DNA from: Acutalibacteraceae bacterium
Lineage (GTDB): Bacteria; Bacillota; Clostridia; Oscillospirales; Acutalibacteraceae
DNA length: 64,000 nucleotides
NCBI GenBank assembly: GCA_045635905.1
Contig: JAZTWN010000055.1
Coordinates: 1,894 to 65,893 of the forward strand
Direction: 5' to 3'
A program made the position numbers and the translations under genes. Each line of letters starts with the position of its first letter. Positions within the stretch are counted from its first letter, which is position 1. Below the pieces are notes generated by a model. That model had not been told where the DNA came from. It searched no databases and saw nothing but the letters and a program-made list of their open reading frames with translations. Shown in pieces: positions 54,601 to 60,636 of the stretch.

Positions 54601-56434
54601 TGAGAACAATTGCACCGCCCTGTCTTGATGTATTTCCGTCAAAGGTACAATCAGAAACCTGAAGCTGCTTACGATTAACGTCAGCAGATGCGTAATGATG
54701 ATAAACTGCACCGCCGTTACCGTTACATGTATTGCCGATAAATTTTACACCCTTCATAACAAGAGCACTTGCGGTATATATTGCACCACCGCTTGTGTCG
54801 GTGTGGTTACCGATAAACTCTGTATTGGGATAAAGAATAATTGCGCTGAGTGTGCTTGAATATACAGCACCGCCTGCCCTCAAAGCACGGTTATTTTTGA
54901 TAACCATCTTTTCAGTGCCGTATTCAGAGCCTGTATAAAGAGTTGATGAAACAGCCAATGAAGAAGCAACCGCACCACCATGAGTATGCGCCATATTGTC
55001 GGAAACCTCACCGGCTACAAGATAACAGTTCTTGTCGTTGTAAATAGCACCGCCGCGCAAAGCCTCGTTTGAGCTTATCTTACCGCCATACATAGTAAAG
55101 GATCCACGGTTATAAACAGCACCGCCGCATGCATCTTTTTCAACATTAGATACAGTGCCGTCCTCCTTGGGAATTTCGGTAGTCGCAATCATAACTGCAT
55201 TATTTTCAATCACACCGCCATACATATTGACAACGGATGAAAGATTCATAATAGCCGCGCCACCCATACGTCTTATGGCAGATTCGGAATAGATATGACC
55301 GTATTCATAAGCTCTGACATTGTCGGTTTTGTTATTATTTATAAGCCTTGCACCGTCATAAAGGTTAAAATGGGCACTGTCGGCAACAAAAACAAGAGAG
55401 CCGTTTACTGTTACGGTAACATTATCTCTGTTACCGTCAACTGTAAGAGTACCCTTGCCCTTACCGAGAGTAAGAACAGACTTCAATCCTTTTTTAACGG
55501 ATTTATTACCATACTTATCAGAACCGACAACAAATATGTCACCCTCATATTCGGGAGCTCTTGTAATAGAAAAATCACCGTCGGAATAAATATGTGTTTC
55601 AGAGGGAACGAAAATAGGACCGGTAACAACAATATCCTTTGTGATAAGAATCTGATCCACACCTGCATTGGCACGAGCCGCAAGCTTCTCATAGGTATCA
55701 GTTCCGTCTATTGCCCAGCTTGCCTTAACGGTAATATTTTTGTTGATAGTACCGCTTGAGGCAAATGTCTTACCGTTGGAATCGACCCATCCCTTGAAGA
55801 CATATCCCTCTTTTACAGGATCGGATAAGGTATACTTACCGTCTGCGGCAACACCCTTCTTTTCGGTTTTGCCCGTTCCTGTTTCAAGAGTTATGTAATA
55901 AGCAGCAGCCTTCTTTGCTATAGCTCTGTCCTTATAGTATTCACAAACAGAGCACTTGCTGCGCTCATAGCCTTCTGCATCTACTGTTGAATCAAGCACA
56001 ACTGTCCACGCACCAAGCTTATGACCGGTTGCCTTGATAACCTCAATCTTTTTGTATGAGCAACCGCTGCAGGTTATTTTCTGCTCGCCCTGCTTTGTGC
56101 AGGTGGGCTGCTTTGTAACAGTAGTAACGTAGCTGTGAGTATGCTCCGCACCGGGGTCCTGTAATTCCTCAAGACCTACGGATGCTCGAAGCACAAGTCT
56201 TGCATCAGCCGCAGTAACGGTACCGTCAAAGTCAGCATCAGCAACCTTTATAGCCGCAGCTGAAAGCTTCTCAAGTCCGACAGAGGCCCTGAGAACAAGT
56301 CTTGCATCAGCCGCAGTCACACTGCCGTCACCGTCAACGTCACCTGGTATTGCAGCAAAAGCAGTAGTCGCCATCAAAATAGCAACAAGCACTGAAATTA
56401 CTGCAATCAGTTTTCTCTTTCCTGAATTTTTCAT
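45656..56434 (-). CDS. Giant (3,592 aa) secreted N-terminal-dockerin protein built from polymorphic-membrane-protein-type (GGA[IV] / FxxN) parallel beta-helix repeats
   Basis: Signal peptide MKNSGKRKLIAVISVLVAILMATTAFA, then a dockerin, a Cys-rich module, a Listeria-Bacteroides repeat (EGYVFKGWVDSNGKTF), and >100 GGA(I/V)(Y/F) ... F.(G/E)N motifs. I chose the ATG at 56434 (AAAGGAG upstream) over the track start. It lies 19 nt upstream of the next dockerin gene. Confidence 0.9.
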   Translation of the reverse strand: MKNSGKRKLIAVISVLVAILMATTAFAAIPGDVDGDGSVTAADARLVLRASVGLEKLSAAAIKVADADFDGTVTAADARLVLRASVGLEELQDPGAEHTHSYVTTVTKQPTCTKQGEQKITCSGCSYKKIEVIKATGHKLGAWTVVLDSTVDAEGYERSKCSVCEYYKDRAIAKKAAAYYITLETGTGKTEKKGVAADGKYTLSDPVKEGYVFKGWVDSNGKTFASSGTINKNITVKASWAIDGTDTYEKLAARANAGVDQILITKDIVVTGPIFVPSETHIYSDGDFSITRAPEYEGDIFVVGSDKYGNKSVKKGLKSVLTLGKGKGTLTVDGNRDNVTVTVNGSLVFVADSAHFNLYDGARLINNNKTDNVRAYEYGHIYSESAIRRMGGAAIMNLSSVVNMYGGVIENNAVMIATTEIPKEDGTVSNVEKDACGGAVYNRGSFTMYGGKISSNEALRGGAIYNDKNCYLVAGEVSDNMAHTHGGAVASSLAVSSTLYTGSEYGTEKMVIKNNRALRAGGAVYSSTLSAIILYPNTEFIGNHTDTSGGAIYTASALVMKGVKFIGNTCNGNGGAVYHHYASADVNRKQLQVSDCTFDGNTSRQGGAIVLSSSSTAAEKGTEGTYAEITNSTFSNNKAMNTTSSGSNGGAIYISSKSDAIISGCTFSENSAVKNAGAIGIYNGATVQLTDSSFNKNTAVSGGAVYLSTDTVVKMNGVDFTENAAVMTETGSGGNGGAVYYSNAKLTLKNATFNNNSADNNAGAIYQYASSLTLDKTCSFTGNKAAAHGGAFYLTYSTNADGTKNGSVLNVENTEFKGNSALAGGAVSVRSASTLTLKKVSFKENSTPDAKVSTTTGGGAVYANNSTVTITDSAFDGNFSGYYGGAIRFDACDVILKNTEITNSSGGTGGAVYASGDSLQAENLVLKGNSSRLNGILYVKSREAIFNNLTATENTGTSGGVLYSSGKSAVIIANSELSSNTAKNGGVIYAASASVVELRDNNISGNSVTTGDGGAVFVTESSTVNSINNKFISNNAPSGDGGAVYVYGASFNAEGETVFEKNTSSGHGGAIGVFDAQDETTKEKISSVVSIEKCSFAENTADRGGALYFNDSQYSVADATLTNNIATSTSYGGGAMYNTGATGTVDNVVFTGNTAKNGGAVAIYTNSDIEFSNITASDNSATSNGGAFYVNGCKVNFVDNNITLSGNKANNGGAVYAIIPTVFDVSGVVATNNEAANNGGAFYVSGATANISGANTEISGNKAVNYGGAIYLSYFTDAEGQKIGGTLNITDTKLNGNTALYGGAISGRTNSTINLTRVVLTENSTPEANLTNKAGGGAIFANDSEINISDCDITKNSSGYYGGAVYTEKTAVSIKDNTLIDGNNGGTGAALYLTSSSSLDAKDITVTNNYSKKNGIFYFNGKEFNIENMSASGNSSAAAGGVIYTSGKSNLNVKNSSFTGNSVSGGTGGVLYHAAGEATFDNVSFTENSAKTGGAIYTCENSNTVISNCVFERNTATGSGGSVYQTEGAATISNTTFTEGAAGNGGAVYLTNTTASLADVSFSGNTAAGNGGAIDIVGADVTVSGTSVFTDNSSAKHGGAVYVSYIHASADGLTPEIPGTLTVTGGSFTHNSSTAGGAVSIRSDCEASFDGTVFTENTVSGYEINAEGAGTPDGNAEGGGAIYVGYGKLTLNNVTAENNVAAAYTEEGTNTIIKGFGGAVDGAKADITVTGSSFSGNKASVGGAINTLTSSIVSISNTSFIGNESDYKNSDFDNTIGGGAVTAVGGSLAMDTVIFDGNKSGYYGGALLASGVKVDIINSRFTNSAGSTGAALHFKNSCDVSVFESEIVNNTASNNGVLYANASNVTLDKLTMTGNTAKNGGVIYSSGKSTVVKMNDCAIAKNSASASGGVVYTENSTIIFNGGSVSANTAKNGGAVYTEKGNISATGTVVSENTASANGGAVYAVGGTVTVTDTTASENSAVTGGAVYCSENTVLTVNNSEFTSNSAKNFGGAVYATHSVAALSDNSFVSNSTDYHGGAMYICASEMTATGSNLFDSNSTKYHGGAIYVVYDDVEEEGADGTTTETRVPSSLTMEKGKFNGNSAMGGGAVSIRSACEASFNGTVFTGNTVEGFNDKAAEGNGEGGGAIYVGYGVLNLTNVTATDNIASATTTVVEGKDVINPGFGGAVAGMSADIIVTGGTFSGNKASVGGVFNAISATSLTVTGALIENNESDLQDKEYSGNIGGGAIKANSSSIVLDNTTLSGNKSKYYGGAVLATGTTVTVTNGSVITKSEGGTGSALYFKSGCAVAIENSKITDNTGTNNGAIYANGCTITANGLEATGNKSKNGGVIYVSGKSTTVEANNSTFSNNTAAASGGVVYAEKSTVTFTGGAITGNTAKNGGVAYSDAANISFNGTVISENTASESGGAVYADAANISLTDTEISGNASTASGGAIYSSASQVTLSGGKASENTAKGGGVVYAVGGVVTVNGTEITENTSTSTAGAVYAELADVSFSGATVSENTSKSYGGGVYLKQSTAVFTDNTFTGNSSGNHGAGIYLSGTEASVTGNNVFTNNSSKNHGGAIYVCYLDLEEEGPDGTTTKTRIPSVLTMENGEFTGNTALGGGAVSIRSACEASFNGTVFTGNTVEGFSDKADGNGEGGGAIYVGYGSLDLTDTVFTGNIANETVNEADSTVNKNYGGAVDSVSSTVTISGGSFDGNKATSGGAINLITNSTLVAEGVSFTANESLGNLTGSTDSAVGGGAIRASGGSIILTGVTLDGNKTNYYGAALHAFDSEITIDGNSQILNHSGTHGVALYLRNACDVTIKDVTVNGNKATGNSAIYTQGGTCTVENMTASGNEGKNGSVLYFGDASTTGSVSGSSFSENKASYGAAIYINSATVDISGNTFSKNTANVGGAIYSIKGVVTMIDNVFTENSAVLTDAGKNGNGGAVALAGSTLTATGNNTFVKNSAEGHGGATYVSYTTNSDNTRTTSTFTITGGLYENNSASIGGAASVRDGCEAVFNGTVFKNNAASSSDQEGGGGVAYVGAGSVTLSGVEATGSSTGFYGGVLTSVSSSVIVENSKFSGNIAKTGHAFNLRGSSVVEISNTQLIENSATGGNGIIYATGSGSVDVSGLTATGNNNTNGGVFYVSGSVNLTIADSVFTNNTASTNAGAIDFRSSGTLSVSDSEFIGNTAKNGGAMNLAGKGAVTIKGCSFENNSATVTGGALNITGSGKVDISDDTVFKGNTAPNAGAVYLDSGAKAEITASSFESNSATEGNGGAISVVDTSEEGTAGTTLTLKGVTLDSNTAATAGGAMHVAGSGKAFVSENTLFKGNSAKVAGALFLDTGAAAEISSSVFEENTSIGEIGKDDKLISGDGGAILIADSSTDGTLATSITLNTVTFNGNEAALKGGAISTDTSSANLVINATSCVFNENKALGAGGGAVEIQNGNCKTVDGPDVNTIVFTNCKFTSNTAKSTGGAVELRSSCCAKFDGIEATGNIAGSSKRNNGGVFYITSNHSRIYLTGTVTQSGNIASNGAFAYLYNDNYSNPPRIYTTHNDSASWVSDVAGRGGLVSMTYNVTDIP
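45750..55250 (-). repeat. Intragenic Pmp-type repeat array with higher-order ~1.4-1.56-kb super-repeats (approximate bounds)
   Basis: Short repeats of about 20-25 aa run throughout. Nucleotide landmarks AGCCAACATAGATAGCACCGCC occur at 48424 and 49981, with a diverged copy at 51378. Protein landmarks GGGAIYVGYG occur x3 (plus GGGVAYVGAG), and (S/T)(G/K/N)YYG(G/A)A x5. Confidence 0.85.
56162..56344 (-). other. N-terminal type-I dockerin module of the giant protein
   Basis: GDVDGDGSVTAADARLVLRASVGLEKL and ADADFDGTVTAADARLVLRASVGLEEL lie directly after the signal peptide. Confidence 0.85.
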
Positions 56435-56612
56435 ACAGTTATCTCCTTTTTGTAAGTTCTGTATTTTCCCGGACAAGCAAAGAAAAGCTGTTATCAGAAT
56501 TTTTCTCTTACTTTCAAGGGGTAGGATGATATAAAATCACTATTTTATATTAACATATACGCGTAATAAATACAATAACAATTTTTCTCCGGCAAAATAT
56601 ACCTTGTACGGC

Positions 56613-56651
56613 AAAAAAATACCTCAGTCCGCAGCACGCAGATTGAGGTAT
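56613..56651 (-). terminator. Rho-independent terminator after the fucosidase gene
   Basis: The minus strand shows ATACCTCA-(17-nt loop)-TGAGGTAT followed by TTTTTTT, about 10 nt from the stop. Confidence 0.55.
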
Positions 56652-56661
56652 GTATTTATTA

Positions 56662-58137
56662 TCAGCCTATCTGAATTCTGAAGCACACGGGAAGATCTCC
56701 TGCAGGCTCGTCGGCAAGTCTGATTTCAAAGTAATCTTCCGTTCTTGTAAAGCCCTCTATTGTGTTTTCCCCAAGCACGTCAACACCGTCAATAAGGAAA
56801 TCACCGTATGTTTTCTGTTTGAGGCATTCAATTCTTACAACCCTTGAAGGACGCATCTGGAAGGCGTAAAGATATCCGTTTTTATAGGTAAATCTGAAGT
56901 CACAGTTTGTAAACTGCTTCTCGTCGCCGTCCTTGAAGAAGCCCTCCTCGGCATTGACCTTACCCTCACCGAACTGCTTCCAATGAGTTGTTCCGTAAAT
57001 GCCCTCACCGTTTATTTCAAGCCATTTACCCATATTAAGAAGAACCTCTGTTTCCTCGTCGGTAAAGGTACCGTCTGCCTTGGGGCCGATATTTATAAGA
57101 AGATTTCCGTTTTTGGAAACAATATCAACAAGGTCGCAGATAACCTGACGGGCACTCTTATACTGATTGTCCATTCTGTAGCCCCATGAGCACTTTCCTA
57201 TGGCAGTATCCGTCTGCCAGTAAATAGGCGAAATACCGGAAAGAGCGCCTCTTTCAACGTCAAAGGTAGCAACTGTGGGAGGGAATGCCTGATGCTTGTA
57301 ATTTATGGTTACCTCTCTGCCCCACTCTTCGGCGCGGTTATAATAGTATGCCGCAAGCTTTTTAAGATAAGGCTTGAAGGAATGATTGTGAATCCACCAG
57401 TCAAAATAAAGAACCGAGGGCTGATATCTGTCAATAAGCTCACAGGTTCTTACAAGCCAATCCTCAAGCCATTCACGACTTGCGCCTATGGTGTGAGGAT
57501 TTTCGGTGGTGATACCGAGCACGGAGGAATCAAGCTCCTCACAATAGAAGGCAGGACCGTAAAAATCTCTGTAAGCCTCATCGGTAACGTCGCTTTCAAC
57601 AGTGCGGCCCATATTCATAAAGAAATAATGCTCTGCTCTGTGAGTGGAGGCGCAGAAGGTAAGCCCCTGCTTTTCACACTCAGCCTTCAACTCTCCTACC
57701 ACGTTACGGCAGGGCCCCATCTGTGTTGCATTCCAACGGTTGAATTCAGTTTCATACATAGCAAAGCCGTCGTGATGCTCGGCTACGGGCATCACGTATT
57801 TTATACCTGATCTTCTGAAAATATCAACCCAACGGGCTGCATCAAAGTCTTCAGCCTTAAACATAGGAATAAAATCCTTATAGCCGAAATCCTTATGAGC
57901 ACCGTAGGTTTTTACGTGATGCTCAAACTCAGGGGAATTTTTATCGTACATATTTCTTGAGTACCATTCGTTACCGTAGCCCGGAACGGAATAAATCCCC
58001 CAATGAATAAAGACACCAACCTTGTCGTGCTTATACCAGTCGGGCACCTTATGATGGGCAAGGCTTGCCCAGTCTGCCTTATATTTACCGTTTTCAATAA
58101 CACTGTCAATCAAAGAAAGATATTCGTTTACTGTCAT
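56662..58137 (-). CDS. Glycoside hydrolase family 29 alpha-L-fucosidase
   Basis: WYKHDKVGVFIHWGIYSVPGYGNEWYSRNMY is the GH29 N-terminal signature. HHDGFAMY is present, and there is a C-terminal beta-sandwich. 491 aa, RBS AGGAG. Confidence 0.9.
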   Translation of the reverse strand: MTVNEYLSLIDSVIENGKYKADWASLAHHKVPDWYKHDKVGVFIHWGIYSVPGYGNEWYSRNMYDKNSPEFEHHVKTYGAHKDFGYKDFIPMFKAEDFDAARWVDIFRRSGIKYVMPVAEHHDGFAMYETEFNRWNATQMGPCRNVVGELKAECEKQGLTFCASTHRAEHYFFMNMGRTVESDVTDEAYRDFYGPAFYCEELDSSVLGITTENPHTIGASREWLEDWLVRTCELIDRYQPSVLYFDWWIHNHSFKPYLKKLAAYYYNRAEEWGREVTINYKHQAFPPTVATFDVERGALSGISPIYWQTDTAIGKCSWGYRMDNQYKSARQVICDLVDIVSKNGNLLINIGPKADGTFTDEETEVLLNMGKWLEINGEGIYGTTHWKQFGEGKVNAEEGFFKDGDEKQFTNCDFRFTYKNGYLYAFQMRPSRVVRIECLKQKTYGDFLIDGVDVLGENTIEGFTRTEDYFEIRLADEPAGDLPVCFRIQIG

Positions 58138-58240
58138 TTAATTCTCTCCTGTCAAGGGTAAAATCTGTTATTTTTTATAATACCACAAAATTTCCGTAAT
58201 TGCACTATTTTTTATAAGAAAAACACAACAAGCCTTCAGG

Positions 58241-58269
58241 TTGATTTTTGTGCAGAATTAAGCTATAAT
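58241..58269 (+). promoter_or_regulatory. sigma70 promoter (TTGATT-17-TATAAT) for the kinase-murQ operon
   Basis: TTGATT at 58241-58246, a 17-nt spacer, and TATAAT at 58264-58269, which is 29 nt upstream of the GTG start. Confidence 0.55.
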
Positions 58270-58298
58270 AGATCTCAACATAAGAAGGAAGGGATAAC

Positions 58299-59207
58299 GT
58301 GAATAACGGCAATATTGAATTTTTTCTCGGCATTGACGGAGGCGGCACAAAAACAGAATTTCTGCTGACAGACAAGGGCGGAAACGAAATAAGGCGACTG
58401 CTTCTCGGACCGTCAAATCCCGTTAACGTCGGAATTGAAAATACGCTGAGCCTTCTGAATTCAGGTTTTGCAGCAATAATACGGGATTTTCCCTGTGAGA
58501 AAATATCCGTTTTTGCAGGTATTGCAGGCTGCAAAAGCCCTGAAACACAAAAAGAAATTACAAATACCCTTTCCCGATACGGTTTCGGGGCATTTTCCTG
58601 CGCAAGCGACGTCGATAATGCCATCAGCACTGCTCTCGGCAGAAAAAACGGTATTGCGGTTATTATGGGCACGGGAATAGTAGCCTACGCAAGATACAAT
58701 AACGTACTGCACCGCGTCGGCGGATGGGGATATATGATAGACAAGGGCGGAAGCGCATACTGCTACGGCGCTGACGCACTTGAGTGTGCACTCTCCTTTT
58801 CTGACGGAAGAGGCGGAAGTGAAATAATAAAAAATCTTGTAGAAAAAAGGCTTTCACAGTCTGTTGAGGATGCCATTCCGCAGATTTACAAAAACGGACC
58901 GTCCTTTGTTGCTTCATTTGCTCCCGCAGTTTTTGAAGCTTATGAAATGGATGATAAAAAAGCAGAGGAAATAATTAAAAGAAACTGCAAGCAGGCAGCT
59001 GAAATAATCATCGCCGCAGGCAAAAGCATCCCCGAAGAAAGAGTAAGCACAGTTATTCTCGGTGGACTTTGCAGACAAAGCGGAATCATTGAAAAATATC
59101 TCAAGGAATATCTTGATGAAAAATATAGCCTGTCGTTTTCACAGGAGCCTATGGTAAACGGCGCTGTGCTTATGGCTATGACAATAAATGAGGGAAGAAT
59201 ATGCTGA
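58299..59207 (+). CDS. BadF/BadG/BcrA/BcrD-type sugar kinase (N-acetylglucosamine / N-acetylmuramic acid kinase, MurK-like)
   Basis: FLGIDGGGTKTEFLL ATPase phosphate-1 motif and GWGYMIDKGGSAY (the GWGxxxGDxGS equivalent). GTG start after GAAGGAAGGG. It overlaps murQ by 7 nt. Confidence 0.8.
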   Translation: MNNGNIEFFLGIDGGGTKTEFLLTDKGGNEIRRLLLGPSNPVNVGIENTLSLLNSGFAAIIRDFPCEKISVFAGIAGCKSPETQKEITNTLSRYGFGAFSCASDVDNAISTALGRKNGIAVIMGTGIVAYARYNNVLHRVGGWGYMIDKGGSAYCYGADALECALSFSDGRGGSEIIKNLVEKRLSQSVEDAIPQIYKNGPSFVASFAPAVFEAYEMDDKKAEEIIKRNCKQAAEIIIAAGKSIPEERVSTVILGGLCRQSGIIEKYLKEYLDEKYSLSFSQEPMVNGAVLMAMTINEGRIC

Positions 59208-60010
59208 AAACAGAAATGAGAAATCCCGATACTTACAACATCGGGAATATGAGCGCTTCGGAAATCGTTAAAATTATAAACAACGAAAATAAGAACGTGT
59301 ATAAAGCAATTGAAGCAGCCTCGGATGATATTGCCGCTGCCTGCGAGTGTGTTGCAGATATAATTTCCGCAGGCGGAAGAGTATTTTATATCGGAAGCGG
59401 CACCTCGGGCAGGCTTGCAGTATGCGACGCAGCAGAGTGTCCGCCAACCTTCGGTGTTCCCTACGGGCTTTTCAACGGAATAATTGCAGGCGGTGAAAAA
59501 TGTATGTTCAAGGCTGCAGAAAATGCCGAGGACAATGCCGAAGCAGCGATAAAAGACCTCAATAATCACGGCATTTCAAAAACTGATATTCTTATCGGAA
59601 TTTCAGCCTCGGGCTCTGCCTCATACGTTACGTCTGCTATCAGCTATGCAAAAAGCATCGGTGCAAAAACCGTTTCAATCGTCAACAATCCCGACACTGA
59701 AATGGGACGTATGGCAGATATCAACATATGCGCCGACACGGGTCCCGAGGTAATAACGGGCTCTACACGAATGAAGGCAGGTACGGCACAGAAGATTATT
59801 CTCAATATGATTTCGACAGCATCAATGGTAAAATGCGGCTACGTCTATGAAAATCTTATGATAAATCTTAAGCCCACAAACAAGAAGCTGCGTCAGCGAA
59901 TGATAGGCATCACAACTGAAATTCTCGGCTGTGATGCAGAAATGGCTGAAGACCTTCTTGAAGAAAATCAATGGAGCATCCGCAGTGCCGTTGAAAACTT
60001 TGGAAAGTAA
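59201..60010 (+). CDS. murQ: N-acetylmuramic acid 6-phosphate etherase
   Basis: SIS-domain signature GGRVFYIGSGTSGRLAVCDAAECPPTFGV, then ISASGSASYV and TGSTRMKAGTAQK. 269 aa, the typical MurQ length. Confidence 0.9.
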   Translation: MLKTEMRNPDTYNIGNMSASEIVKIINNENKNVYKAIEAASDDIAAACECVADIISAGGRVFYIGSGTSGRLAVCDAAECPPTFGVPYGLFNGIIAGGEKCMFKAAENAEDNAEAAIKDLNNHGISKTDILIGISASGSASYVTSAISYAKSIGAKTVSIVNNPDTEMGRMADINICADTGPEVITGSTRMKAGTAQKIILNMISTASMVKCGYVYENLMINLKPTNKKLRQRMIGITTEILGCDAEMAEDLLEENQWSIRSAVENFGK

Positions 60011-60048
60011 AAAAAAGAGCAGACATCTGTCTGCTCTTTTTTATTTTT
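60009..60048. terminator. Bidirectional rho-independent terminator between murQ and the convergent P-loop gene
   Basis: AAAAAAAA-GAGCAGAC-ATCT-GTCTGCTC-TTTTTTATTTTT: a perfect 8-bp stem flanked by an A-tract and a T-tract. Confidence 0.8.
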
Positions 60049-60562
60049 ACAGATCATCAATATTGATACTGTATTCCTTATCTATCACAATATACTTACA
60101 GTTGTATCCTTCAGAAAATTCAAGATAATTTTTGTTTTCTTTTATCAGCCAGTCCTTTGTTACCTCATCCGCAAAACGGCTTTCAATTATGTTCGCGTAC
60201 GTCATAATGTCTTCTGAATGATTTTCAATATAATTTTCCGTCATAACAATGCATATCAGCTTAATATTTTCAAGATACTCTTCAGAAAAGCTGTCTGCCC
60301 AGTCAGCGGGCACATAGCAGCCTTCAACGATGAGATTCTGCTTGTTTTCAACGGCTGTTTTTATCATTTCAGCCACAATCGGCCACAGATACTGAGTAAG
60401 TGAGGCAGTATCAGAAAGCGGTGTAAGATGCGTCTGACCGCTTCTTATAAGCCCCATTTTAAGGTGGTCAATTGAAAGACAGGAATATTTATATTTTTCA
60501 ACAAGCCATTGTGCAAGCAGGGTTTTTCCGGCATGACCGGCACCCGTTATAATAAATATCAC
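60047..60562 (-). CDS. Small P-loop NTPase / kinase-like protein (AAA/adenylate-kinase-like fold), function unknown
   Basis: Walker A ITGAGHAGKT lies at the extreme N-terminus. I chose the second GTG (60562), 9 nt after AAGGGG, because the track GTG at 60571 abuts the RBS. Terminators flank the gene on both sides. Confidence 0.5.
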   Translation of the reverse strand: MIFIITGAGHAGKTLLAQWLVEKYKYSCLSIDHLKMGLIRSGQTHLTPLSDTASLTQYLWPIVAEMIKTAVENKQNLIVEGCYVPADWADSFSEEYLENIKLICIVMTENYIENHSEDIMTYANIIESRFADEVTKDWLIKENKNYLEFSEGYNCKYIVIDKEYSINIDDL

Positions 60563-60600
60563 AAAGCACACCCCTTATAAATTCTGATACCGTACAACGT

Positions 60601-60626
60601 AAAAAAACGGGAGCTGAGGCTCCCGT
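60601..60626 (-). terminator. Rho-independent terminator after the GPH transporter gene
   Basis: The minus strand shows ACGGGAGC-CTCA-GCTCCCGT followed by TTTTTTT, about 10 nt from the stop. Confidence 0.75.
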
Positions 60627-60636
60627 TCATTTTTTA

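Noticed and set aside
45750-55250. A highly periodic repeat region that could superficially suggest a CRISPR array or satellite DNA.
   Set aside because: The repeats are imperfect and in-frame, and they translate into GGA(I/V)/FxxN beta-helix repeats within one uninterrupted 10.8-kb ORF. There is no repeat-spacer structure, and no cas genes are present in the window.
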